The notes: generated by a model not told the origin, from the letters alone. DNA of 64,000 bases from Bdellovibrionales bacterium (GCA_041739415.1 JBGSNU010000038.1:27155-91154), one strand, 5' to 3'. Positions 31,356-41,694 are shown, numbered from the stretch's first letter. Program-made: numbers and translations.

Positions 31356-31804
31356 CGGTGCCCCGCTGCCGGTACGGCTTTGAGTGAAGGAACCAGCCTT
31401 TTGGTGTGAAGGAGTTCGCCGACCGCAATGCTTTGATACATCTCACTTAGTCTTTTGTTCAGGTCAGCGATAGGCGAGGTGATGTTGCAGGTGTTGCGCA
31501 AATCACAAACATCTTCATCGTGCAGGCACTTGGCCACGGGAACCGGCCCCAACACCGCCTCCATCAAGTCAAAGAGTGAAAGATCAAGCAAATCACGCTT
31601 CAACGTGTAGCCGCCACTCGCTCCCTGCTCAGAGCGCAAAACATTAGCTTGCACCAATTGCTGCAGCACTCTGGCCGTCGCATCAAAGGGGCAGCCAACG
31701 CGCTCCACTACCTCTTTGGCTGAGGTGAGTTCACCCCCGGGTTTGCCCGCCATAATTTTTAGCGCCATGAGAGCGTATTCAACTTTACGGTTCAGACGGT
31801 TCAC
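31352..31804 (-). CDS. Rrf2/IscR-family regulator
   Basis: [17 protein letters not shown], three Cys (C-x6-C-x5-C); heads the suf operon; start GTG 31804 inferred. Confidence 0.9.
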   Translation of the reverse strand: MNRLNRKVEYALMALKIMAGKPGGELTSAKEVVERVGCPFDATARVLQQLVQANVLRSEQGASGGYTLKRDLLDLSLFDLMEAVLGPVPVAKCLHDEDVCDLRNTCNITSPIADLNKRLSEMYQSIAVGELLHTKRLVPSLKAVPAAGHR

Positions 31805-31991
31805 GACAGCCCTGCTTCCATCACTGGTGCGCTCCTTTGAGGTCTTGACGTAAGTCGGGGTGGAGGCTAAACCCAACCTGAAAATCAATTGATAGACAGC
31901 ACATATACGTTAAAATCTAGCGTATATAAAGAATTGTTTTTTTAGCCCTGTGTTTAATCCACCTGTTCAAAGGTTCCTTATGATTTTTGCA

Positions 31992-32696
31992 ATGTTACGC
32001 CTCTTTGGAATCACGCTGGGTGTGGCCTTTCTGGCAGTCACCGGAGTGTTAGGCATCCGCTGGATGGCCGCCCAACAGATGTTCAAGGCACCGCCGCACC
32101 CATGGTTCGAACAGGCAAACTGGACCATTTGGCAGGCCACTCCCGCGGACTTCTGCGACAACCAGGACCTGCAAAAATGGGCCGGTGACCCCAACGCCAT
32201 CATCGCCCTCCCCATCAAACGAACGGACCTAGAAACTTGGACGCTCCCGTGTGAAAGCAAAATTGATATTGTAGAGTTCCTTCGCCTACAGCCCCATCAA
32301 AACTGGCTATTTGAATTTAAAATCACCTCGGCGCAGGGCCTAGATTCGCTGCTCACCCGTATGGAGGAGTTTAAGAATCAGAAGAATTTTGGCGCCCGAT
32401 CTGAGTCACAAAAGGTGTCTCTTTATCTCAGGAAGAATGCCCCTCACTGGCTCTACGCGGCAGATAGCTCGACCCTGCTACGCTTTCATCTTTTTGCTGG
32501 TATCTACCTGGAGTCGGCCCTCGACTTCTGGCCTGACTTCGTCATTCTCGATTCTGAAGACGTGCAGCAGTGGCATACTCGCCAATCCACAGAGCTCGCG
32601 CGCCGAATGAAGCGAGTCATCTGGCATCAACTAGACGGCAAAGCACCACCAGAAAACTTCCCAACTCAAGGGACAATGACCACTCGCTCCAACTAG
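31992..32696 (+). CDS. Membrane-anchored hypothetical protein, possibly a degenerate GDPD fold
   Basis: N-terminal TM; IVEFLRLQPHQNWLFEFK resembles the GDPD LxEvL...niEiK segment. Confidence 0.5.
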   Translation: MLRLFGITLGVAFLAVTGVLGIRWMAAQQMFKAPPHPWFEQANWTIWQATPADFCDNQDLQKWAGDPNAIIALPIKRTDLETWTLPCESKIDIVEFLRLQPHQNWLFEFKITSAQGLDSLLTRMEEFKNQKNFGARSESQKVSLYLRKNAPHWLYAADSSTLLRFHLFAGIYLESALDFWPDFVILDSEDVQQWHTRQSTELARRMKRVIWHQLDGKAPPENFPTQGTMTTRSN

Positions 32697-32770
32697 CTCT
32701 GTGTCAGCGCAGCTGCACTTGGTGTCCACAAACTGTTGCGCAAACCCTCGACAACGCCTAGCCTTTTGGA

Positions 32771-33523
32771 ATGACACACATCAATTTTTTCTCTTCCGTC
32801 GCTCACGCCGCAGACAAAGTTCAGGTCTCAACCAATCTTGACGCCTGGCACGCCATCACGTCAGCGGGCCCCGTCGTTCAACTGACTTTGCTGTCGCTGG
32901 TCTTCATGTCGGTTATGTCATGGGCCATTATTGTACAAAAACGAAAGCAGTTTAGAAGCGTCGAAGAAAACAATGTCCCCTTTGAGGAGCACTTTTGGAA
33001 GGCTGGATCGCTCGAGGATGTTTTTGAAAAGCTCAACACTTTTCCTGAGAGCAATATGGCAGCTGTGTTTCGACTAGGCTACACAGAGATGCGGAAGATC
33101 GCCGAGAGCGGACTTGCCAGCGTCCCCACAAATGGTGACAGTCCGATTTTATCTGGGCTCGACAACCTAGAACGCTCACTTCGCAAGGCGATCGATATTG
33201 AAATCAGTCGGCTCGAAGCGCGGCTTACATTTTTGGCGACAGTCGGAAGCGTTGGCCCGTTCGTTGGACTCTTTGGAACAGTTTGGGGAATCATGAGTAG
33301 CTTTCAAAAAATTGGGATGACTGGAGTGGCGAGTCTTGCGGTGGTCGCGCCTGGGATTGCAGAAGCTCTTATTGCCACAGGGGTAGGGCTAGCAGCCGCT
33401 ATTCCCGCCAGCATCGCCTACAATATTTTTGTGACTCGTATTCGCAAGCAAGAGTTAGATCTCAACAACTTCGCTTCAGATTTTTTGAATCTCACGAAGC
33501 GCAACTTCTTTCGGGGCAACTGA
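32771..33523 (+). CDS. tolQ: Tol system MotA/TolQ/ExbB protein
   Basis: GPFVGLFGTVWGIM, VAPGIAEALIATGVGLAAAIPA. Confidence 0.92.
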   Translation: MTHINFFSSVAHAADKVQVSTNLDAWHAITSAGPVVQLTLLSLVFMSVMSWAIIVQKRKQFRSVEENNVPFEEHFWKAGSLEDVFEKLNTFPESNMAAVFRLGYTEMRKIAESGLASVPTNGDSPILSGLDNLERSLRKAIDIEISRLEARLTFLATVGSVGPFVGLFGTVWGIMSSFQKIGMTGVASLAVVAPGIAEALIATGVGLAAAIPASIAYNIFVTRIRKQELDLNNFASDFLNLTKRNFFRGN

Positions 33524-33524
33524 G

Positions 33525-33947
33525 ATGGGAGCCGGCCCAGTCCGCCGAGGCGCGAGAACAGTCTTAAGTGAAATCAACGTCACGCCCCTTGTCGATGTGA
33601 TGCTCGTTCTGTTGATCATCTTCATGGTCACGGCTCCAATGATGCAACAGGGACTCGAGATCGAACTGCCTGAAACCGCCAACAGTGGCGTCTCCACCAC
33701 CGAAGACCCCTTTGTTTTGGTCATAAAAAAAGATCGCTCAATCCATGCGGGAGAGGCGCAATTGCAAATGTCGAGCCTTCGCACCAAGTTGCAGGCCATC
33801 TTTGCCACTCGCAAAAATAAGCAGGTCTATGTGCAAGCGGACCGGGCCGTTGATTATGGTGTAGTCGCCGAGGTTATGGGCGAAGTGCGCGCTGCGGGAA
33901 TATTTTCGATCGGACTCATTACGGTACCTAAAACCGGGGCGCCATGA
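33525..33947 (+). CDS. tolR: Tol system TolR/ExbD protein
   Basis: EINVTPLVDVMLVLLIIFMVTAP. Confidence 0.92.
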   Translation: MGAGPVRRGARTVLSEINVTPLVDVMLVLLIIFMVTAPMMQQGLEIELPETANSGVSTTEDPFVLVIKKDRSIHAGEAQLQMSSLRTKLQAIFATRKNKQVYVQADRAVDYGVVAEVMGEVRAAGIFSIGLITVPKTGAP

Positions 33948-34690
33948 CCGACCCGTTTAGTCGAAACATTGCAGTCTCCCTGGGGCTCCATGGGGCACTG
34001 GTGTTGATTGTGTTTTTTCAAGCCACTCTGATTCCAAGACACCCGCTCGATTTGCGCAATGCCATTCGAGTTGATGTGGTTGATCTCCCGCGAAAGCTTG
34101 AAGCATTGCCTGAACCTGCGAGTGAGCCACCAGCTCCTACTCCGGCACCTCCAGTCGCAGAGGCTCCACCTCCCGACCCCACGCCAAAGCCAAGCGTTGA
34201 AACCAAGACAAAACCACAAGAAAGGCCGGATTTGAAAAACGCGCAGAGCGCTGCACTAAATAAATTGAAGAGACTCAGCGCCCTGGAGAGAATGAAGCAG
34301 CAGGTGCAAGAGAAGAAAACTGCAGAGGCCGCTCGCGCCGCCAAGCCCGACAATGTGGTCCGTGGCAATCAGGTAAGCGCCGGGAACTCGCTCTCAGGTC
34401 TTGAGCGCATTGATTTTGATCGCTACCTAGATGAACTCAAAGTCAAAGTGAACAGCAATCTCAGCGTGCCACAATGGCTGGCTGAATCGGATCTGCGCGC
34501 GCAGGTCGTCGTGCAAATTGACGATCGAGGATTTGTAATTAAGCGAACGATAAAGAAGAGTTCTAACAATGAAGTGTTTGATGCCAAAGTGTTAGAGGCC
34601 ATTGACGCGAGCTCGCCAATGCCTCCGCCACCCGCTCGGTTACGAGGCGTGTTGGCCACAAGTGGTATCACATTCAACTTCCCCAACTAG
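33944..34690 (+). CDS. tolA: TolA/TonB-family energy transducer
   Basis: SLGLH TM motif, Pro-rich linker, TonB/TolA C-domain SSNNEVFD. Confidence 0.8.
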   Translation: MTDPFSRNIAVSLGLHGALVLIVFFQATLIPRHPLDLRNAIRVDVVDLPRKLEALPEPASEPPAPTPAPPVAEAPPPDPTPKPSVETKTKPQERPDLKNAQSAALNKLKRLSALERMKQQVQEKKTAEAARAAKPDNVVRGNQVSAGNSLSGLERIDFDRYLDELKVKVNSNLSVPQWLAESDLRAQVVVQIDDRGFVIKRTIKKSSNNEVFDAKVLEAIDASSPMPPPPARLRGVLATSGITFNFPN

Positions 34691-34703
34691 TGTGAGGTGA
34701 ACT

Positions 34704-36098
34704 ATGAAAACAAAACTCAATGCCGTGCTACTAATGCTCGGTCTATTCGTCGCCAGTCAAACCGTGACGGCCCAAGAGTCACAAATTTTTATTGATGTGG
34801 GCACAGCGCAGGTAAAGCGCAGTCTTCTGGCACTGCCGCCTCTACAATATGTGGGGACGCAAACTACAAATTTAAAGCACATTGAAGCCGGCCAAAACCT
34901 CTTTGGGGTGATCAAAAATAACTTGGACGTTTCAAATTTTTTCACTTTTATCAATCCAGCGGCTTATTTGGAGGACCCAAATAAAGTTGGAATCAAACCC
35001 GCACCAGGGGCCCCCAATGGATTTAGCTTTGCCAAGTGGAAGACCTTGAGCACGGACTTCTTGATTCGCGGCGCCTATCAAGTGATCGGCAATGAAACCA
35101 ACCTCGAGATCTATGTCTATCATGTTCCAACGGCTAAGGTCATTTTAGGTAAGATGTACAAGGCTCCCGTAACCGAATACCGCCGCTTGGCTCACACCTT
35201 TGCCAATGATTTAAGTGTGGCCCTCACCGGTAAAAAGGGCATGTACTTCAGCAAAATCGTAGCCTCGCGCCAGATGGGACGGGTGGGAGGCAACAAAGAG
35301 ATTTTTGTGATGGACTGGGATGGCGCAAATCTCAAACAGATCTCGTCGCATTCCTCAATTTCGATTTCACCAGCCTGGAGCACCAAGGGCGACAAAATTG
35401 CTTACACGGCGTTCGCATTTCACAAGGCGCAAAAAACTCGAAATCCAGATTTATTTATTTATGATTTGCGCACTGGACGCCGCCAACTCGTCTCGTATCG
35501 AAAGGGTATGAACTCTGGCGCGGCCTTCATCCCCGGCGATTCACATTTGCTGCTCACACTTTCACAAAGGGGCAATCCAGACATTTACAAGATGTCGGCC
35601 TCGGGCGTGGATTTGGTCGCGCTCACCAATGGCCCCAATCGAGCCATGAACGTCGAGCCCGCTGTTTCACCTGATGGCCGCCGAGTGGCATTCTCTTCAG
35701 ACCGCGCCGGCAACCCGAAGATTTATATTATGAACATTGATGGTAGCAGTCCAAGGCCTCTCACTTTTGCCGGCAAATACAACTCTTCACCCGCGTGGTC
35801 TCCGGATGGCAAAACTATCGCCTTTGCCGGTTACGAAAAGGATCACTTTGACATCTTCACCATCTCAGTTGAGGGCGGCAATCTCAAACGTCTGACAGAC
35901 GCACGCAAGCCCAATGGTCGGGCCTCCAACAATGAAAGCCCAAGCTGGTCACCCGACGGTCGCAACATTTTGTTTAGCAGTGACCGCACCGGAAAAACGC
36001 AGCTCTACATCGTCAGTCCAGATGGCTCCAACGAGCGGCCGATCACCAGAGATTCATACAACTGGGAGAAACCCAAGTGGTCTCCCTTCTTGGATTAG
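34704..36098 (+). CDS. tolB: Tol-Pal beta-propeller protein
   Basis: Signal peptide, TolB N-domain, PD40 repeats SPAWSPDG. Confidence 0.92.
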   Translation: MKTKLNAVLLMLGLFVASQTVTAQESQIFIDVGTAQVKRSLLALPPLQYVGTQTTNLKHIEAGQNLFGVIKNNLDVSNFFTFINPAAYLEDPNKVGIKPAPGAPNGFSFAKWKTLSTDFLIRGAYQVIGNETNLEIYVYHVPTAKVILGKMYKAPVTEYRRLAHTFANDLSVALTGKKGMYFSKIVASRQMGRVGGNKEIFVMDWDGANLKQISSHSSISISPAWSTKGDKIAYTAFAFHKAQKTRNPDLFIYDLRTGRRQLVSYRKGMNSGAAFIPGDSHLLLTLSQRGNPDIYKMSASGVDLVALTNGPNRAMNVEPAVSPDGRRVAFSSDRAGNPKIYIMNIDGSSPRPLTFAGKYNSSPAWSPDGKTIAFAGYEKDHFDIFTISVEGGNLKRLTDARKPNGRASNNESPSWSPDGRNILFSSDRTGKTQLYIVSPDGSNERPITRDSYNWEKPKWSPFLD

Positions 36099-38551
36099 CC
36101 AGCTATTCGCCCGAGCAAATCGAACGGGCGAGAAATCTTAGCTCAGCCTTTGCACGGTATGAGCAAATCTTAGCGAAATTGCCTCGCGAATCGTTGCATT
36201 CGCAGCGCATAGAGGGTTGGCTGAAGTGTGTGCTGGCCACCTACCATAATACGGCATCGACCGAGGCCATCTGCGCCAGCTGGAGTGACTTGGCCGATCA
36301 ACTGCTACAGCAGGCCTGGTTGATGGCTGATCTATCTGACACCTCGGGTGTTCTCCTTGCACTCGGCAAGCACGGCGCACGCGAGCTGAACTTGAGTAGT
36401 GATATTGATCTTATTATCGTGAGTGAGCCACAAGACGCCCACCGGGTTGAACGGGGCATTCGAAAGTTTCAAAGACTTTTGCAAACATCTGGCGACGCCG
36501 GCCTGTGCTACCGACTGGATTTTGACCTCCGGCCCGGCGGCAAGATGGGCGCGCTCGTGACTACACCCTCGCAGTTTCAAGATCACTACTGGAGTCAGGG
36601 CGAAACCTGGGAGCGACTTGCTTTGGTCCGGGCCCGGGCCATTGTTGGCTCCGAGGCGCTGGGACGCCAAATTCTGTTAGACGCGCACAAATTCTCGTAT
36701 CGCAAATTCCTCGATTTTACTCTGTTAGAGGATCTCAAAGCACTCCGCAAAAAAGTGCATCAGTTGGGCTTCACTCGGCGCACAGGTGAGATTCACCTTA
36801 AGCTCGAAGTCGGTGGGATACGTGATATAGAACTCTTCACCCATTCTTTGCTCATTTTAAATGGCGGCAAACTGCCAGAGCTCCAGACTCAATCCACCTC
36901 AGCCGCACTGCTAAAAATTGGGGAGCGCGGGATCATTCCGCGAGTTGAAGCAGACGAACTCCTGGCAACCTATTGGTATTACCGCCACCTAGAAAACTTA
37001 GTTCAGAGTATCGAAGACCGACAAACACACTCAATTTCAGTCGATCTAAGTCAGGTGACGGGTCATACGGACTTCAGAGAAATTGAAACGAAACTGGCGC
37101 GAGTTGACACCATTGTCTCAAGCTTACTCGGCCAAGTCGACGCAGAAGGTGTGAGTTTACCACAAGGAGAAAGCCAGCAACATCTTTGGCTCAGTGAGCT
37201 CGGCTTTTCACCGCAGGCTATTGAGAGCACATGGACATCCCTCATGCGGGCGACAGCTCTGTCTCATAAAAATGATCGGGACGAACGCACTAGACAACAA
37301 TTTTTATATATATTTTTGCAGGCGATTGGCAAGCAAGTGCATCTGGATAGAGATCTCGGACTTGCGGCGCTTCTGGAATTTGTGAAGGCCACACGGGCCA
37401 AAGCTACATTTTTTGCCATGCTTCTCAACTCTCCCCGCCTCATTCAAGACCTCGCTCGCCTGTTCTGCCTCTCTCCTTATTTAGGATCTATCGTCTCCTC
37501 TCGGCCAGAGCTCTTAGATCACTTTATTCTGCAGATGGATGATATATGGAATACGGATTTTGAGGTGATGCTGCAGCAGATGACTGAGCGAAAGCTCCTC
37601 ACTGAGCTGTGGTCCGCCAATCAGTTTCTCGCCGACTTCGATACGAAGGCCTTAGGGGCACGAGTGACGAGCACGGCCGAATCCATTTGCACCGAGCTGT
37701 TACGTCGGCTTAGCCAAGACTTTGACAGTTCAGGTGTTCAGATTATCGCCATGGGAAAATGGGCTGGCTATGAACTCGGGCTACGTTCTGATCTCGATTT
37801 TATTTTTATCTCCAAGCAGTCCCCTCGGGACGTCGATTTTAAAGTCGCACGTCGATTTATTTCACGTCTCACCGATCCCGCCAAAGGCGGGAGTTTATAT
37901 GACGTCGATTTGCGCCTTCGGCCGTCCGGCCAATCAGGGCCATTGCTCGTGACGTTGGAGCAGCTGCATGACTACTGGCAGACGGCCGCGCAACCGTGGG
38001 AGCGACAAGCCTACTTGCGCGCCCGCGTGGTCAACTCTGACCTCGTGTTAGAAAAATTTCGCCTTACAGAGCGAGGGTTAAGTGGCGACGAACTCGAGAG
38101 TCTAAGGGCCATTCGACTCAAGTTACTGAAGCCAACCACGGCCGACACAATTCAAGTCAAATATGCTCCCGGTGGTCTTTTAGACATCGAGTTCGTCACC
38201 CAAACTGCCATCTTACATGAGCGGCTGGCTCTCACCGCAGCGACGGTAAACTCAACCTGTGATGGAATCGCGTGCCTTATGCAGAACTCACCCCAATGGA
38301 AGAGCCATGGAGCACAGCTCATCCAGCTCTACCAGGAGCTTCGAGTGGTCGAACAAATATTGCGGCTGAGCGCCACACGTAAAATTGTTGAGGTCAAACG
38401 CAGCGATCCGGCCTTTGCCAACGCCGCCAGATTGCAGACCATGACTGTGGATCAGTATTGGATCAAAATTTTGGGGCAACTGAAAGCTGCGCGAATCCTG
38501 CTCGATGAGCTCGATCCCACGGGCCTAAAGTTGGCCGGCCCAGTGACATAA
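36077..38551 (+). CDS. glnE: GlnE-like glutamine synthetase adenylyltransferase (two NTase domains)
   Basis: LGKHGARELNLSSDIDL / DLRPGG / WER and MGKWAGYELGLRSDLD / DLRLRPSG / WERQA; GGIRDIE and GGLLDIEF. Confidence 0.85.
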   Translation: MVSLLGLASYSPEQIERARNLSSAFARYEQILAKLPRESLHSQRIEGWLKCVLATYHNTASTEAICASWSDLADQLLQQAWLMADLSDTSGVLLALGKHGARELNLSSDIDLIIVSEPQDAHRVERGIRKFQRLLQTSGDAGLCYRLDFDLRPGGKMGALVTTPSQFQDHYWSQGETWERLALVRARAIVGSEALGRQILLDAHKFSYRKFLDFTLLEDLKALRKKVHQLGFTRRTGEIHLKLEVGGIRDIELFTHSLLILNGGKLPELQTQSTSAALLKIGERGIIPRVEADELLATYWYYRHLENLVQSIEDRQTHSISVDLSQVTGHTDFREIETKLARVDTIVSSLLGQVDAEGVSLPQGESQQHLWLSELGFSPQAIESTWTSLMRATALSHKNDRDERTRQQFLYIFLQAIGKQVHLDRDLGLAALLEFVKATRAKATFFAMLLNSPRLIQDLARLFCLSPYLGSIVSSRPELLDHFILQMDDIWNTDFEVMLQQMTERKLLTELWSANQFLADFDTKALGARVTSTAESICTELLRRLSQDFDSSGVQIIAMGKWAGYELGLRSDLDFIFISKQSPRDVDFKVARRFISRLTDPAKGGSLYDVDLRLRPSGQSGPLLVTLEQLHDYWQTAAQPWERQAYLRARVVNSDLVLEKFRLTERGLSGDELESLRAIRLKLLKPTTADTIQVKYAPGGLLDIEFVTQTAILHERLALTAATVNSTCDGIACLMQNSPQWKSHGAQLIQLYQELRVVEQILRLSATRKIVEVKRSDPAFANAARLQTMTVDQYWIKILGQLKAARILLDELDPTGLKLAGPVT

Positions 38552-38578
38552 CACCTACCGGCAAGAGCTCTCGCCTCG

Positions 38579-39322
38579 TTACATCTCAAAGTCGGGATTG
38601 AGCAAAACTATTTCGATACGGGAGTTCATCTCGGCATCTCGGCCAGAGGTGATTGGCCGAGAGTCTCCCATAGAGACTGCGGCCAACGTCGATGGGGACA
38701 GCCCCTCTTTTTTTAACAAAAATCGTAACACGCTGGTGGACCGAGCGGCGGCAAAATCCCACGTTGAGGCAAAGGATCCCGCCTCATTCGGACCGACATG
38801 CCCTTCAATCAGAACTTTGCGTTTGGCTTTGCCAATTAACCCACCAAGTTTACTTAAAAACGGCAAAGCCTCGGCTCTAAACTTAATTCCGGAGTCACTG
38901 AAGAGCGCTCGGCTTGGCAGGACTAAGCGAACGCCCCAGTCATCAGACGACAAATCGAGCACATATTTCTTTCGCTCGGTGGCGGTGAGCTCAGATTCAA
39001 TAAATACTTCGGCTTCATCCATCAGCTCCATGCCTTCGATCTTCTTACCTGCATGGGTTGGGATGGGTGCCTCAATCACTGAATTGTTTTTTTGGCCCTG
39101 ATGAATCTGTGGCGAAGCTCCCCCGCTTATGCCGCCCGCCTTAATGAGATAGCGCTTTATCGACTGTTGAAACTCTTGTGCCTTTTCTACATCTTTTTGC
39201 GAAGTCGCATAGAGCACGGCAAAAAACGCGAACATCAAAGTCATAAAGTCAGCATAGGAAACTAGCCACCGCTCTGAGCCATGATCGCGTTCATCGCCTC
39301 TGTGGCGCGGGCCAGAGCTCAT
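38579..39322 (-). CDS. motB: Stator protein MotB-family (degenerate OmpA-like domain)
   Basis: WLVSYADFMTLMFAFFAVLYA. Confidence 0.88.
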   Translation of the reverse strand: MSSGPRHRGDERDHGSERWLVSYADFMTLMFAFFAVLYATSQKDVEKAQEFQQSIKRYLIKAGGISGGASPQIHQGQKNNSVIEAPIPTHAGKKIEGMELMDEAEVFIESELTATERKKYVLDLSSDDWGVRLVLPSRALFSDSGIKFRAEALPFLSKLGGLIGKAKRKVLIEGHVGPNEAGSFASTWDFAAARSTSVLRFLLKKEGLSPSTLAAVSMGDSRPITSGRDAEMNSRIEIVLLNPDFEM

Positions 39323-40077
39323 AGAGCCTTCAGCTCAGAGGTGTAGGCGCGCATCTTCTGCTCTATGAGATAGGGGTTAAGCCCACCAATGACCGCGAGA
39401 CCACCCTCAAGTATCATATGCTCAGTCTCGGCGCGAAACCGAATCAAGCTCCTAAGCTTATTCGCCAGCGGCAAAAAAATAAGATTGGCAATTCCAACCC
39501 CGTAGATCGTTGCGACAAAGGCCACCGCAATTCCATGGCCAAGCATTGAGGTGTCTGAGATGTTCGCCATCACACTGATCAAACCCAATACCGCTCCGAT
39601 AATCCCAATGGTTGGAGCAAAGCCCCCAGCATCAGACCAGACCTTCGCAGCGGCGAGCTTTCGCCGTTCATTGACGTCGATCTCATCTTCAAAAATTCGG
39701 CGCAAAACCTCGGGGTCGGCACCATCCACTACAAATTTATAGACCGAACGCATAAATGGATCATGAAATTTGGCAACCTTCGATTCGAGTGAAAGAATAG
39801 TTTCTCGCCTTGCCAGCTGCGCAGCCTGGACAATTTCTTTAGCGATAATCTCTCGCTCACGCGCCTCTTGGCTTGAGAACGCCAAGCGGACCGAGCGAAG
39901 AGCCAGACGGATGTCCTCAACTCTGTTGCTCACTAGAGTTGCGCCAATCGTTCCACCAAAGACAATAAATCCAGCGGTGAGTTGAAAGAGCGAGCCAATG
40001 TTGCCACCCTCAAGAGAGTTGCCCAGCAGTATCCCACCGATGCCGATAACCAGTCCTAAAATCGTTGTCATCTGCAT
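39319..40077 (-). CDS. motA: Stator protein MotA-family
   Basis: IVFGGTIGA, APTIGIIGAVLGLI, AFVATIYG. Confidence 0.92.
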   Translation of the reverse strand: MQMTTILGLVIGIGGILLGNSLEGGNIGSLFQLTAGFIVFGGTIGATLVSNRVEDIRLALRSVRLAFSSQEAREREIIAKEIVQAAQLARRETILSLESKVAKFHDPFMRSVYKFVVDGADPEVLRRIFEDEIDVNERRKLAAAKVWSDAGGFAPTIGIIGAVLGLISVMANISDTSMLGHGIAVAFVATIYGVGIANLIFLPLANKLRSLIRFRAETEHMILEGGLAVIGGLNPYLIEQKMRAYTSELKAL

Positions 40078-40098
40078 GGTGTCGCTCCAATTGCCCGA

Positions 40099-40566
40099 TT
40101 AAAAGTGACTTAAATTCTTTTCTTTAGCAAAACTCAAATCATTGGTCGTCACTCGTAACCGATTACAAAGAAAGTGTGCGAGTTCTCGATAAAGTAGGAC
40201 GGCGATCTTGGGATTTTTGTTCAGTAGCGTTGAGAGCTTGTCGTAGGGTATAACTATCAGTTCGCCTCGATCCATGGCGGTCGCAGTCGCTGACCTTGGC
40301 TCACCATCCACAAAAGCCATCTCACCAAAATGACTGCCGCTGCTGAGCGTAGCGACTTCAATGGAATCACCATTCTTGCCACTTTGTTCGATTTTCACAG
40401 CTCCATGTTTGATAAAATACATCGCAGTGGCCGACTCTCCACGCAAAAAAATCGTATCGCCGGTCATCAATGGCCGAACTTCACAGATCGATGAAACTGC
40501 AGCAATCTCATCTGGAGCCATGGCTTTGAAAAGATAAAAATTCTGGAGACTCGTCTTGTGATCCAT
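40099..40566 (-). CDS. Stand-alone cyclic nucleotide-binding domain protein
   Basis: IFLRGE, FGEMAFVDGEPRSATA; no HTH tail. Confidence 0.9.
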   Translation of the reverse strand: MDHKTSLQNFYLFKAMAPDEIAAVSSICEVRPLMTGDTIFLRGESATAMYFIKHGAVKIEQSGKNGDSIEVATLSSGSHFGEMAFVDGEPRSATATAMDRGELIVIPYDKLSTLLNKNPKIAVLLYRELAHFLCNRLRVTTNDLSFAKEKNLSHF

Positions 40567-40695
40567 TTCGTACTCCTGACTCTGGTCTACAAATGCGCGG
40601 GTTGCTCTCTTACGATACCTCGCCCATCAACGAACCTCAAAAGGTTGCATTCTAGATTTTCATTTAACGGACTTTCGGTGTATGAATGGAGTCTT

Positions 40696-41694
40696 ATGGC
40701 AGTTTTAGTCACCGGTGCGACCGGCTTTGTTGGAACCTGGCTTGTGCGTGAACTGCTTCGGCGGGGCGAGAAGGTCCATATCCTGCACCGACCCAATTCA
40801 TCGCTCGAGGAATTCGAAGAATTCAACCTAGGCTCACGTCTAGTCTCTCACATGGGCGACGTGACAAGTCTCGCAAGTCTAGTTGAGGCCACAAAGAATA
40901 TCGACACCGTCTTTCACCTCGCAGGCGTTGTTGGCTATTCGCGCGCGATGCGAAAGACTATGGACGCGGTGAATGTGCAGGGCACTGAAAATGTAATCCA
41001 AGCCATTCGTGCCAACGAGTCTCGAGCTAAACTAGTTTATATGAGCTCAGTCGTTGCCGTTGGCGCAAGTCTCGACCAAACAGTTTTGAATGAAGAGTCA
41101 TCGTACACGCTGGGCCCACTGAACCTCGGCTACTTTGAAACCAAACGCTTGGCCGAGCAAAAGGTTATTCTAGCCTGTAAACGCGGTGAAGTCGAAGGCG
41201 TCATTCTAAACCCCTCGACTATATATGGAGCTGGAGATGCCAAAAAGGGTAGTCGACGCACTCAGCTCAAGGTGGCTCGTGGAAAGTTTCGCTTTTACAC
41301 TTCGGGTGGCGTGAGTGTGGTCTCTGTGCATGATGTGGTTTCAGCCGTTTTGCGAGCTCGCGAAGTCGGTCGCAATGGTGAACGCTATATTCTGAGCGGC
41401 GAAAACCTCAGCATCCGCGAGCTGCTACAGACCATCGCCAGACTGGCAGGCGCCAAGCCCCCTGACATCTACCTCCCGAACATGGCCGTCAAAGCCATCG
41501 GACGGGTCGGCGATTTGCTCGAGCGCATCGGCAAAGCCGGCCCCTTAAATAGTGAAAACGCCTGGACCGCTATTATGTACCACTGGTTTGACCACAAAAA
41601 AGCCAGCGCTGAACTTGGCTTCAATCCCCGCCCAGCTCAAGTCGCCCTCGAAGAGAGTGTGAGCTGGATCATAGAGAACGGACTACAGCCATGA
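40696..41694 (+). CDS. NAD-dependent epimerase/dehydratase (extended SDR)
   Basis: VTGATGFVG, FHLAG, YFETK. Confidence 0.9.
   Translation: MAVLVTGATGFVGTWLVRELLRRGEKVHILHRPNSSLEEFEEFNLGSRLVSHMGDVTSLASLVEATKNIDTVFHLAGVVGYSRAMRKTMDAVNVQGTENVIQAIRANESRAKLVYMSSVVAVGASLDQTVLNEESSYTLGPLNLGYFETKRLAEQKVILACKRGEVEGVILNPSTIYGAGDAKKGSRRTQLKVARGKFRFYTSGGVSVVSVHDVVSAVLRAREVGRNGERYILSGENLSIRELLQTIARLAGAKPPDIYLPNMAVKAIGRVGDLLERIGKAGPLNSENAWTAIMYHWFDHKKASAELGFNPRPAQVALEESVSWIIENGLQP

Noticed and set aside
38579-40077. MotAB as Zorya ZorAB defence system
   Set aside because: MotA is canonical length with no long ZorA tail, and no zorC, zorD or zorE nearby.
40558-40695. Longer start for the epimerase ORF
   Set aside because: Overlaps the divergent gene and promoter region; the Rossmann motif begins right after ATG 40696, which has a GGAG RBS.
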